A model generated the notes under the pieces. It was not told the origin of the DNA. It saw nothing but the letters and a program-made list of their open reading frames with translations, and searched no databases. 64,000 nucleotides of DNA from a bacterium (GTDB lineage Bacteria > UBA8248): contig CBDBZU010000004.1 in the NCBI GenBank assembly GCA_965213625.1, positions 2,592,001 through 2,656,000 of the forward strand, written 5' to 3'. Of this stretch, positions 11,912-20,921 are shown in pieces. The translations under genes and the position numbers were made by a program. Position 1 is the first letter of the stretch. Every line of letters begins with the position of its first letter.

Positions 11912-12732
11912 GCAAAATCAAATTCACCAAGTTCAGCGGAAGCGGCAACGATTTCATCTTCATCGACAACATGAACCTGGAGCACCGGGCCGATGAGATG
12001 ATCGATTTCGTCCAGCGGGTTTGCCGCAGGGGCCAGTCCGTCGGCGCCGACGGGCTGATGTTCATCGAACCGAGCGAGCGGGCCGATTTCAAGTGGCGGT
12101 TTTTTAATGCCGACGGCTCGGAGGGCGAGATGTGCGGTAACGGCGGACGCTGCGCCGCGCGTTATGCAAAGGAATTGGGCATCGCCACGGACTCGGTATC
12201 GTTCGAGACCATCGCGGGCGTCATCGACGCGACGATGATCGACTCGAGAGTCAAGCTGCGGATGACCCGGCCCTTCGATTATCGCGCGGGTATTGAACTC
12301 GATATCAACGGGAGAGGGGTAGTCGTGGATCACATGAATACCGGCGTCCCCCATGCCGTGGAGTTCATGGACGACGTGGAGTCCGTGGACATCGTGGGCG
12401 ACGGCCGGGCCATTCGCACGCACGATGCGTTTGCGCCGGCGGGAGCGAATGCGAATTTCGCCCGGGTGAGCGGGGCCAATTCCGTGATTCTGAGAACCTA
12501 TGAGCGAGGGGTGGAGAACGAGACCCTGGCATGCGGCACGGGCGCGGTGGCGACGGCGATACTCGCGGCCACGCGCGGATTCGTAACCGCTCCCGTGGAC
12601 GTAAGCGTGCGCAGCGGCGAAATCCTCAAGATCTATTTCGAGGGCGCAGGCTCAGATGTGCGCGACGTCTACATGGAAGGGGAGACCAGACTCGTCTACA
12701 AAGGAGAGATGACGGAAGAGGCTCTGCTTTGA
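11908..12732 (+). CDS. dapF: Diaminopimelate epimerase
   Basis: GNDF, EMCGNGGRC, ERGVENETLACGTG. Confidence 0.97.
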   Translation: MSKIKFTKFSGSGNDFIFIDNMNLEHRADEMIDFVQRVCRRGQSVGADGLMFIEPSERADFKWRFFNADGSEGEMCGNGGRCAARYAKELGIATDSVSFETIAGVIDATMIDSRVKLRMTRPFDYRAGIELDINGRGVVVDHMNTGVPHAVEFMDDVESVDIVGDGRAIRTHDAFAPAGANANFARVSGANSVILRTYERGVENETLACGTGAVATAILAATRGFVTAPVDVSVRSGEILKIYFEGAGSDVRDVYMEGETRLVYKGEMTEEALL

Positions 12733-12890
12733 ATTTCTAGCCTGCGTTCAAGGGGCTGATGAAAAAGCGCCCCAACAAATAGGAATGGATTTCTCAATCG
12801 ACATATGCTTATGAAATGACTCCCTCTTAAGGAGTTTCTTGAAAAACCCCTGCAATGACGGCCATAGGATTCCGCCTTGCCGAAGGGAGT

Positions 12891-12972
12891 GTAGGGGCCG
12901 CATACATGCGGCCCTCGTAGTAGGTGAATAAAACAGGCTCGCATATATGTCGGACATATATGCCCGACCTAC
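12891..12972. repeat. GTAG-type REP doublet
   Basis: GTAGGGGCCGCATACATGCGGCCC ... GTCGGACATATATGCCCGACCTAC. Confidence 0.8.
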
Positions 12973-13034
12973 TCACAAATAAATTTCCCCTCTCCGGTTT
13001 TTTCAACCGTCACTTCAATGAAGAGTTGTTCGTA

Positions 13035-13184
13035 CTATTCGGATGGCGCCGCGCTCGGGAAATCATCCAGCCGGAGTTCTCTCAGGAGAAGGCAAACCAT
13101 CCCCGAAACGATGAGGATGGCGCCCGCCAGGGTGAAATCGAGCAAATCGTAACCGGCGTATATCTCATACATCAAAATCCACAT
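13035..13184 (-). other. 49-aa hydrophobic ORF, possibly a small membrane protein or MFS C-terminal remnant
   Basis: Manual translation MWILMYEIYAGYDLLDFTLAGAILIVSGMVCLLLRELRLDDFPSAAPSE; below the ORF-track cut-off. Confidence 0.3.
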
Positions 13185-13258
13185 GGCGGCTCCAACAGAG
13201 AGGCCCGGAAGCCCGGGACATGGTTTTTACGCCATGCCCCGGGGCGCCGGGATGTCTA

Positions 13259-13885
13259 CTAGTAAGTCTGGGACTGGTTCCCTCGGCCTGGCCCTCTGAA
13301 CATCTGTTCATGCATTCCGGGACCCCTGCCGCGGTGCTTTCTCGACCGGGCGATTTTCGTCAGCTGCTTCTGCTGCTCGTCGTTCAGGACGGATTTTCCC
13401 TCCTGGATCGCCTTGAGTCGCGCAATCCGCAAGTCCACCCGCATCTTCGAAATCTCGCGTATTTTCTTTTCCACGTCGGCGAGGTCGAGCTTTTCGGCGT
13501 CGAGCGCGCGCCTGAGGTCGATTCCCAGTGCCTTTACGTCAGCGCTTTCTTTCACCGCCTTCTTGGAGAACGCGTCACGGATGTCCTTGAGGCGCTTCAT
13601 CTGGTCGTCGGTGAGCTTGAGCTCTTCGTGGTTTCTCAGCGCGATGGAAACCAGCGGACGCGCCGAGTAGGGCCTCGGGCCGCGCATTCCGCGGTGTCCC
13701 CGGTGGCCGCGCCGGCCGAAATGCGCGTCTTCCATCATGTTTTGCATGAATTGCGGAAGATTCTGCATGTGGTGCGGAGGGGTGGGCGTGGGAGATTGGG
13801 CCCAGGCCGCCGCGCCTGCGAGACCGAGGCTCAATACGGCGGCGATGACGGCTGTCGAAAGGGTGCGGCGTTTTAGACGTTTCAT
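13259..13885 (-). CDS. Spy/CpxP/ZraP-family periplasmic protein
   Basis: Signal peptide ending AWA, LTDDQ and LNDEQ motifs, His/Met-rich segments; RBS GGAGG. Confidence 0.8.
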   Translation of the reverse strand: MKRLKRRTLSTAVIAAVLSLGLAGAAAWAQSPTPTPPHHMQNLPQFMQNMMEDAHFGRRGHRGHRGMRGPRPYSARPLVSIALRNHEELKLTDDQMKRLKDIRDAFSKKAVKESADVKALGIDLRRALDAEKLDLADVEKKIREISKMRVDLRIARLKAIQEGKSVLNDEQQKQLTKIARSRKHRGRGPGMHEQMFRGPGRGNQSQTY

Positions 13886-13944
13886 GTTTTGATTCCTCCG
13901 GTGTTGCGTTTTATTCTGGCGGCATAGCATCTGCTTACAGGTAC

Positions 13945-14475
13945 TCACTGCTTCTTCGACTGACCGGCCGGGTCGCCTGGGTGGTGCTTCCTGTGCTTCC
14001 TCCATCTTCTTTTGCGTCTTTCCTCGAATTTCCGGACCATTTCGTCAAAAGATGTTTTTTGCTCATTGTCCAGGAAAGAACGCACGTCCTTGCGTATTTC
14101 CTGCATGATGGAGTTGATCTGGGGTCGCATCTGGCTTCTGATGTCGCGTATCCGCTCATAGTGGCGCTGGAGCGCGCGGTCCACGTTGTCGCGTTGCGAG
14201 GTGTTCAGGTTTAAGTCCCGCTCGAGCCTGCGCATGAAGCGTCTTTCACCTCTGGAACGGCGTCTTGCGCTTCTTTCGCTTCTGGCGCGGGCCATGGACG
14301 CCGGGGATCCTGCGGCTTTGATGCGGGACTTGAATACGCGGGACATGTAATCGTTGTGGAACTTGTATGCCGCGTATTTATGGCCGCCGACGTAGCCGAT
14401 GCCCGCTCCCGCCAGGAATACGATCAACAGCACCGCCGACGCCTTCATGAATTCTTTCGTGAACCAGTTTTTCAT
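13945..14475 (-). CDS. Membrane-anchored LTxxQ-motif protein (periplasmic sensor-like)
   Basis: N-terminal TM (VFLAGAGIG), LNLNTSQ and LDNEQ motifs. Confidence 0.65.
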   Translation of the reverse strand: MKNWFTKEFMKASAVLLIVFLAGAGIGYVGGHKYAAYKFHNDYMSRVFKSRIKAAGSPASMARARSERSARRRSRGERRFMRRLERDLNLNTSQRDNVDRALQRHYERIRDIRSQMRPQINSIMQEIRKDVRSFLDNEQKTSFDEMVRKFEERRKRRWRKHRKHHPGDPAGQSKKQ

Positions 14476-14492
14476 CGTCTCAATCTCACAGA

Positions 14493-14951
14493 CTAACGAT
14501 CCGTCGAGCCGTAGGCGACGTATTGAAGCAAATCTTCGCCCCGCTGCGCCTCGAGTTCGCCCCCGATCATCACAATCGGGTTTAGGGGATTTCTGTCCGT
14601 ATAGAGCGCCAGTACCGCCTGGCGCTCCAGAATGCGCGCCTGCCTCTCCACACCCTGGTTCCAGAGAAGGCCCGCTGCGAGGAGCAGGACGCCCAGGGCC
14701 GCAACGGCGAATCTCGGCCCCGTAGCGGCCAGCGCCGAGATGAAGGAAAAGGCGCCGTTCGCTTGCCCCTCATGGGCGGCGAGCTGGGGGCGCAGCTTTT
14801 CCCAGAGTTTCTCGTCAGGCTCAGGCGCATCATCGCGCGCGGCTTCGAAGAGGGCTTGCAGATCGGCGACCGTCTCATCGTCAGGCTTGTGCGCGTCCCA
14901 ATCCTTTGCGCTTCGACCTCTTATGAAAATGTTGTCCCACCAGCGCATCAC
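14493..14951 (-). CDS. Putative anti-sigma factor (single TM)
   Basis: Overlaps ECF sigma stop by 4 nt; cytoplasmic N-terminus, one TM helix, periplasmic tail. Confidence 0.6.
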   Translation of the reverse strand: MMRWWDNIFIRGRSAKDWDAHKPDDETVADLQALFEAARDDAPEPDEKLWEKLRPQLAAHEGQANGAFSFISALAATGPRFAVAALGVLLLAAGLLWNQGVERQARILERQAVLALYTDRNPLNPIVMIGGELEAQRGEDLLQYVAYGSTDR

Positions 14952-15571
14952 TTCGCCTCCAGGGCGCTTTCGGCCACGCGAAGAATGCCCGCGCGCGCGC
15001 GGTTGAGTCTCGAGCGCACCGTGCCGGGCCTGATTTCGAGCACTTCGCCTATCTCATCGTAACTCATACCCTCGAGTTCGCGCATCACCAGTATCCGGCG
15101 ATGCTTTTCCGGCAATTGCGCCAGGAGCCGCTGCAGTTCATCGCTCGCGCGCCTCTCCTGCCTCTCGCGCAACTCGTCCTGTTCTTCCGCATCTTCCGGT
15201 ACGGGCGCATCGGCGATTTGCTCTTCTTTGAGTTCCAGCGGCAGCGGTGCGCCGCGCTTCAGGTAATCGCGGCAGTGGTTGACCGCGATCCGGTAGACCC
15301 AGGTGGAGAACCGGGCGTCTCCCCGGAATTTGGGCAGCGAGATATACGCTTTCAGGAATATCTCCTGGACGATGTCGTCGGTGTCTTCCCTGCGTTCTCC
15401 GAGCATCCCCCACACGAGGCGCTGGATTTTGCCTGCGTTCTGGCGAACGAGGGGCTCGAAAGCGTCCTTATCGCCGTTCTGGCAGCGTTTGATCCAGAAA
15501 GACTCTTGGTGTTCTTCGTGCGGGGCTTCCAAAAGTCCAAATCCCCATGCCGGTATTGCCAGAGAGAACAT
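14948..15571 (-). CDS. ECF RNA polymerase sigma factor
   Basis: DIVQEIFLKAY, FSTWVYRIAVN (region 2), SYDEIGEVLEIRPGTVRSRLNRAR (region 4). Confidence 0.95.
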   Translation of the reverse strand: MFSLAIPAWGFGLLEAPHEEHQESFWIKRCQNGDKDAFEPLVRQNAGKIQRLVWGMLGERREDTDDIVQEIFLKAYISLPKFRGDARFSTWVYRIAVNHCRDYLKRGAPLPLELKEEQIADAPVPEDAEEQDELRERQERRASDELQRLLAQLPEKHRRILVMRELEGMSYDEIGEVLEIRPGTVRSRLNRARAGILRVAESALEAK

Positions 15572-15740
15572 CCTTATCGCCTTATAGTATCAAATTAGCT
15601 GCCAGAATACGGGCGTTTTCAAGTTTCCTCTTCCTACACCCGTTATGACGCGCGCAGGTTCCCACTTCGCGGCAAAGCGCATATAATAGGCTTACAATCA
15701 ATGACTTGTTGATATTTCTAAATCAGGGAAGGGGAATCCC

Positions 15741-16538
15741 GTGTCGATACGAATCGTTGTGGCCGGAGCCGGCGGAAGAATGGGGGGCCGCATCATCCAC
15801 CAGATTGCCTCCTCAAGCGATCTCTCCCTCTCGGGCGCGCTCGAGCGCGAGGAGTTTGACGCTTTGGGAGCGGATGCGGGCGCTCACGCAGGCTGCGGGA
15901 ATATGGGCGTCGCTCTCACCAACGATTCGGCTTCGCTGAGCGGCGACGTGCTGGTTTCCTTCGCGATCCCCGAAGCCAGCGTCGCCCACGTGCGCCTGGC
16001 GGCCGAGAAGGGGATGGCGGCCGTCGTCGGCACCACGGGCTTCTCGGATGCCCAGCGCGAGGAGATCGCAGGGTTGGGCGAGAAGATCGCCTGCGTCCTG
16101 GCGCCGAACATGAGCGTGGGGGTGAACGTCTCCTTTCGCCTGATAGAAGAGGCTGCCCGGCTCCTGGGCGAAGCCTACGATATCGAGGTAATCGAAACTC
16201 ATCACAACCAGAAAATAGACGCCCCCTCGGGAACGGCGGTGCGCATGGGCGAGATTCTTGCCCGGGTTACGGGTAAAAAATACCCTGAAGACGCCGTTTT
16301 TCACCGCGAAGGCCAGACGGGCGTACGCCCCGAGGGCGTCATCGGCATGCAGACGCTGCGCGGCGGCGACGTACCGGGCGAGCACACCGTGTATTTCTTC
16401 GGCATGGGCGAGCGGGTGGAAATCACGCACAGGGCGGGCAGCCGGGATAATTTCGCGGCGGGCGCCGTTCGCGCGGTTCGCTGGGTGGCCGGCAAGCCCT
16501 CCGGCATCTACGGCATGGCGGACGTCCTTGGGCTTTGA
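15741..16538 (+). CDS. dapB: 4-hydroxy-tetrahydrodipicolinate reductase
   Basis: GAGGRMG, VGTTG, ETHHNQKIDAPSGTA. Confidence 0.97.
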   Translation: MSIRIVVAGAGGRMGGRIIHQIASSSDLSLSGALEREEFDALGADAGAHAGCGNMGVALTNDSASLSGDVLVSFAIPEASVAHVRLAAEKGMAAVVGTTGFSDAQREEIAGLGEKIACVLAPNMSVGVNVSFRLIEEAARLLGEAYDIEVIETHHNQKIDAPSGTAVRMGEILARVTGKKYPEDAVFHREGQTGVRPEGVIGMQTLRGGDVPGEHTVYFFGMGERVEITHRAGSRDNFAAGAVRAVRWVAGKPSGIYGMADVLGL

Positions 16539-16581
16539 TACTTGAAATCGGTGTGTTCATGACAACTTGAGGAGGTAACGG

Positions 16582-17103
16582 ATGGCTCATGAAATCGAAG
16601 CCGACGGTATTGAATACGTGAAGGCCGCGGACGGGAGAACGCTGGCGCAGGTCATCAGGAACAACTTTGACGATTACGCCGCCTTCCCGCCTTACCTGGA
16701 TTCAGAAGAGGAACGCGCCCACCTGGCGGAAGCCTACTCCGGCGCCGACCCCGAAACCGAGCGAAGGACGAAGGCGCACATGACGCCGGACGAAAACCCG
16801 CTTCAAATCGTCATGCTGAACCGAAATCCCGGTTCCGTGGTGAACCCCCACTACAACGAGGTGACGGATCGCCCCGTGAACACGACGCGCCACCAGATCA
16901 TGATATGCCGCTCGGGCCGTATGCGAATCGGCGTGTACGCCAAAGAGGGCGATCACGCGGGCGACGTGGATCTGGCGCCAGGCGATCTGATTCTCATGTA
17001 CGAGGGACACCGCATCGAGTTTCTGGAGCCGGGCACGAAGGCCATCGAGATCAAGGAAGGCCCCTTCCCGGAAATCGACGAGGCGGATAAGGTCGATTTT
17101 TAA
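16582..17103 (+). CDS. Hypothetical cupin-like protein
   Basis: RBS GAGGAGG; PHYN...SGRMRIGVY...GDLILM..GH..EIKEGP cupin-like pattern. Confidence 0.55.
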   Translation: MAHEIEADGIEYVKAADGRTLAQVIRNNFDDYAAFPPYLDSEEERAHLAEAYSGADPETERRTKAHMTPDENPLQIVMLNRNPGSVVNPHYNEVTDRPVNTTRHQIMICRSGRMRIGVYAKEGDHAGDVDLAPGDLILMYEGHRIEFLEPGTKAIEIKEGPFPEIDEADKVDF

Positions 17104-17135
17104 GGGATTGTTGCTGTGTAGCCTATCCCCGTCCT

Positions 17136-17227
17136 GGGGGGTTGAAAAAACTCTTCATTTCGTGATTCAGCTTATGGAGCGGGGGATGCGAGAAGGTTCC
17201 GTAGGGACAGGCCCCCGTGTCTTTCCG
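17136..17227 (+). repeat. Composite IS-end-like/REP repeat, copy 2
   Basis: GGGGGTTGAAAAAACTCTTCATTTCGTG...CTTATGGAGC...GTAGGGACAGGCCCCCGTGTCTTTCC. Confidence 0.65.
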
Positions 17228-17270
17228 AGGTCGAGACCTGTCCGTTACGGTCGCCATTCGAGGGTGATGT

Positions 17271-17341
17271 GTAGGGGCCGCATATATGCGGCCCACGGCT
17301 GGAAGGCGAATAAGTAGGGGTCGCATATATGCGACCCCTAC
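17271..17341. repeat. GTAG-type REP doublet
   Basis: GTAGGGGCCGCATATATGCGGCCC and GTAGGGGTCGCATATATGCGACCCCTAC. Confidence 0.85.
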
Positions 17342-17365
17342 AAAGTCGTAAGGCTTACGTACGCC

Positions 17366-18331
17366 CTACGCGCCGGATTCTGCAATCCCGAATTGTTTCG
17401 CGAGCGTTTTCGCCGCCTGCTGGTAGGATTTCTGCAGTTCGGGATTTGGCGCTATCGGGTTGTGGTAGCGTCCCAGGAAACGGTTCTCCTTGCTCCAGAG
17501 TTCGCGGACCTGGAGAATGGAGTCGACGGTGCCGTCACTCTTCTCATCCACGAACGTATAGTAGTAGCGGCTGTACTGGTTCGCGACGTTCGAGAAGAAT
17601 TTCTCGTCCTTATGGTAAATCTTCTGAATCGGGCCGGTCGGCGCCTGGATCTGCAAGGTCCGTCCCCCGAATATCGAGTCCGATACCAGGAGCGTATATT
17701 TTTTGCCGCCGATGGTCTGGTTGACCGAGTAGACGCTGCCCGAAAGTGTCGGTTTCTTGTCCCCAAGCGCGAAGGCGCTCAGTTTCCCGTAGAGGCTGGT
17801 GTTCACGGATTTCGAAAAGTTGTTCGAGATGCCGTAAACCACGAGCAGTATCACCGCCGCGGCCAAGAAGACGAGAGTGGGCGATCTCCTCGTCGGTTTC
17901 CCTTCTTCTTCCCTGCCCCGGTTGGTGGCCACGTCCTCGCGCATTTCGGCGAGGTCCTTGTACATCTCCTCGACCGTGAGCTCCAGGGGCTCCGGCAGCG
18001 GCTCGGGTTCCGGCGCCGCTTTTTTCGCCGGAGCGGCCGCCGCACCACCGCCTGCAGCCGCTGCCGCAGGCGCCGCTGCGCCTCCGCCCGCGAAGAAATC
18101 CGCGTTTATCTGCGTGTATTTGCTCCACTGGGAGGGCAGGTCGCTTTCTTCGAAAATAGCGTCCACAGGACACGCCGGCACGCAGGCCGCGCAGTCGATG
18201 CACTCCACGGGGTCGATGTAAAGCATTGGACTCGAGCCGTCCGCCGCCTCATGGATGCAGTCGACCGGGCATACGTCGACGCATGCCGTATCCTTGGTGT
18301 CGACACATGGTTCCGCGATGACGTGGGTCAT
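17366..18331 (-). CDS. 7Fe-type ferredoxin fused to Ala/Pro linker, TM helix and extracytoplasmic domain
   Basis: RBS GAGGAG before MTHVIAEPC; C-x7-C-x3-CP-x2-C and CxxCxxCxxxCP motifs; continuous frame to 17366. Confidence 0.85.
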   Translation of the reverse strand: MTHVIAEPCVDTKDTACVDVCPVDCIHEAADGSSPMLYIDPVECIDCAACVPACPVDAIFEESDLPSQWSKYTQINADFFAGGGAAAPAAAAAGGGAAAAPAKKAAPEPEPLPEPLELTVEEMYKDLAEMREDVATNRGREEEGKPTRRSPTLVFLAAAVILLVVYGISNNFSKSVNTSLYGKLSAFALGDKKPTLSGSVYSVNQTIGGKKYTLLVSDSIFGGRTLQIQAPTGPIQKIYHKDEKFFSNVANQYSRYYYTFVDEKSDGTVDSILQVRELWSKENRFLGRYHNPIAPNPELQKSYQQAAKTLAKQFGIAESGA

Positions 18332-18599
18332 CGGATTGTGCTCCTCATGCTGGGTTTCGGACGAATTTGCCACGCGCTTCTAGGGCGCGCTCTTGAACGC
18401 GGCGATGTTAGCATTTTTTTTCGGGGAAACACAATCCGCGCGGGGGATGGGTAGGGTTTTGGGGAGGCACGATAGCTATAGCGCTGAATTATCGAGTTGT
18501 TCACAATACTAGTTCGGAAGGAATGCGCCGTCTTCTTCAATTCAGCCCATACACCAGATCTGAGCGTATCTCCAGAAATTCTTTGCATTCCACAAAACG

Positions 18600-18911
18600 C
18601 TAAGTATCGTTTTGTTCTTCTGGTTGGTTTTGATCAGTCAATTTCTTTAATTCATTTCGAGCTACAAAGCCCGCCGAGAAAATTGGAACGACGCTAGGCA
18701 ACGTAGACATTAAATCAGAGTTTGTTGCTTTCAAACTGTAATAGATTGGTGGGCAAAGAGGTATACCTAAAATTACAAAACCTGCGGTCACTGAAGCTAT
18801 AATCTCAAGGAAAGTAATATTAGTGTCTCTGTCGAAAATATGCCTTGCCACTACTCCAATACAAAAAACGATTGCTACTGCTAAAATTACTGCACTTTGA
18901 CTAATTAGCAT
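18600..18911 (-). CDS. Hypothetical membrane protein (AT-rich)
   Basis: 103 aa with 3 hydrophobic segments; low-GC islet. Confidence 0.55.
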   Translation of the reverse strand: MLISQSAVILAVAIVFCIGVVARHIFDRDTNITFLEIIASVTAGFVILGIPLCPPIYYSLKATNSDLMSTLPSVVPIFSAGFVARNELKKLTDQNQPEEQNDT

Positions 18912-18955
18912 GCTCGTAGCCTGAATTTGCTAAAGGATTTCACACCTTAGGTTCA

Positions 18956-19393
18956 TCAATTGTAATGTTCAGGTTGGACTCCATAATACAGCCAACATTG
19001 ATTTCTTAAAGTTTTTTGGCATTTCAGGTTAGAATCAGTCGCGTTCAAATCCATAGATTCGATCTGCAACCAAATTTGATTTCCTGACGTAGAAGGGAAT
19101 CTTTTTCTTTCGATAACCTTAAACTCCTGATTTTTATTTGTTTTGCCAATCTTGTTGTTAAACCAATTCCCAATTATAGGTGAAGGTGAATAGGAATAAA
19201 TGTCCAAGCCAGGAGTAGCAGAAAAATTTTCTCCTTTTTGGGGGATGCCTTGGTGTAGTTTCTTTCCCATCAATTGCGCAGAGAATACTGATGACACTAA
19301 TAAGATGCATAAACAGAGGAAAATAGACCCCACCGTGCAAAAGATTATTCGCTTCCGAAGATAAACAATTATTTGGTCAATGATTGTCTTCAT
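18956..19393 (-). CDS. Hypothetical membrane-anchored/exported protein (AT-rich)
   Basis: N-terminal hydrophobic helix, beta-rich C-terminal part; low-GC islet. Confidence 0.55.
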   Translation of the reverse strand: MKTIIDQIIVYLRKRIIFCTVGSIFLCLCILLVSSVFSAQLMGKKLHQGIPQKGENFSATPGLDIYSYSPSPIIGNWFNNKIGKTNKNQEFKVIERKRFPSTSGNQIWLQIESMDLNATDSNLKCQKTLRNQCWLYYGVQPEHYN

Positions 19394-19745
19394 TGCAAAA
19401 TAAAACTCTTGCGAATCATTTTTGCTCCTCCTGAAACTTCATCCTTCGGCACCTCTAACATTGAATTAATTTAATGTAATTACAATACACTTAATTATGT
19501 GGTAACAAAAAATTGTTGTCAACCCAAATTTACAGAAATCGTTGCTTGATCCGGTTTTGGTTGCACCCCCCACTCCACCCCCAAACCTTGCCGTGATTTT
19601 CCAGCCGTGCTAGGTTTCCGGCTCATGGAATCTGAATGACTGGGTATCTTGCGAGAAATTGCATCAGGAAAACATTGCAACTTGCTGATATATTTCAGAT
19701 AACGGACACGGCTATTTCTATCAAACACCACTCTTGAGGAATTTC

Positions 19746-20921
19746 ATGGCGTCAATCAATATCGAACGCGCGCACAGGCTCAAGCGCTTGCCTCCCTATC
19801 TCTTCGCGGAAATCGACCGGATGAAGGCGGAAGTCGCCGATTCGGGCATGGACATCATCAGTCTCGGCATCGGCGACCCGGATTTGCCGACCCCTGGTCA
19901 CATCATCGAAGAACTCGACGTGGCTTCGCGAAGGCTCACGAACCACCAGTATCCCTCCTACGAGGGCTTGCCCTCCTACCGCAAGGCCGTGGCCGACTGG
20001 TACGGGTCGCGCTTCGGGGTATCGCTCGACCCGGCTTCTGAGGTCATCTCCCTGATCGGCTCGAAAGAGGGCATCGCGCATATTCCGCTTGCGTTCGTGG
20101 ACCCCGGCGACACCGTGCTCGTGCCGGACCCGGCCTATCCCGTCTACGAGATAGGCACCTATTTCGCGGACGGCAAGGTGCACTTCATGCCCCTCACGGC
20201 GGAAAACGATTTCCTGCCCGATCTGGGCGCGATTCCCTCCGACGTGGCGAAAAACACGAAACTCATGTTCATCAACTACCCGAACAACCCCACCGCCGCC
20301 TGCGCGGAAGTTGATTTCTACAACGAGCTCGTCGAGTTCGCCCGCACGTATGACATCATCGTGTGCAGCGACAACGCCTACTCCGAAATGGCCTTTGACG
20401 GCTACGAGCCCATCAGCTTCTTAAACGCCGAGGGCGCCAAGGACGTGGGCGTCGAGTTCCACTCGTGTTCGAAGACCTACAACATGACGGGCTGGCGCAT
20501 CGCGAGCGCCGTGGGGAACGCGGAAGTCCTGGCGGGCCTGGGCGCCATCAAGACGAACGTGGATTCCGGCGTGTTCGGCGCTGTGCAGGAAGCGGGCATC
20601 AAGGCGATGAGCGCGGATCAGACATGCGTGGCCGATATGCGCAAGATGTACCAGGGCAGGCGCGACGTCGTGATGGAGGGGCTTAAAAAACTCGGCCTCG
20701 AAGCCAATACGCCCAAGGCCACGTTCTATGTATGGGTGCGGTGCCCCGAGGGCTTCACGTCGAGCGAGTTCACGGCGCACGTTCTCAGGAATTGCGGCGT
20801 CGTCACCACGCCGGGGAACGGTTTCGGTCCCTCAGGGGAGGGATATATCCGTTTCGCCCTGACGGTTCCGGAAGCCAGGCTCAAAGAGGCGCTCGATAGA
20901 ATCGAGAAGACAGGCTTTTGA
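19746..20921 (+). CDS. dapL: LL-diaminopimelate aminotransferase
   Basis: [47 protein letters not shown]; dap gene context. Confidence 0.85.
   Translation: MASINIERAHRLKRLPPYLFAEIDRMKAEVADSGMDIISLGIGDPDLPTPGHIIEELDVASRRLTNHQYPSYEGLPSYRKAVADWYGSRFGVSLDPASEVISLIGSKEGIAHIPLAFVDPGDTVLVPDPAYPVYEIGTYFADGKVHFMPLTAENDFLPDLGAIPSDVAKNTKLMFINYPNNPTAACAEVDFYNELVEFARTYDIIVCSDNAYSEMAFDGYEPISFLNAEGAKDVGVEFHSCSKTYNMTGWRIASAVGNAEVLAGLGAIKTNVDSGVFGAVQEAGIKAMSADQTCVADMRKMYQGRRDVVMEGLKKLGLEANTPKATFYVWVRCPEGFTSSEFTAHVLRNCGVVTTPGNGFGPSGEGYIRFALTVPEARLKEALDRIEKTGF

Noticed and set aside
6872-17341. Repeated palindromes considered as a CRISPR array
   Set aside because: Dispersed, not regularly spaced with unique spacers, no cas genes; they fit REP elements
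18489-18506. Possible Rex box upstream of the ferredoxin fusion
   Set aside because: Only the TTCACAA half-site matches
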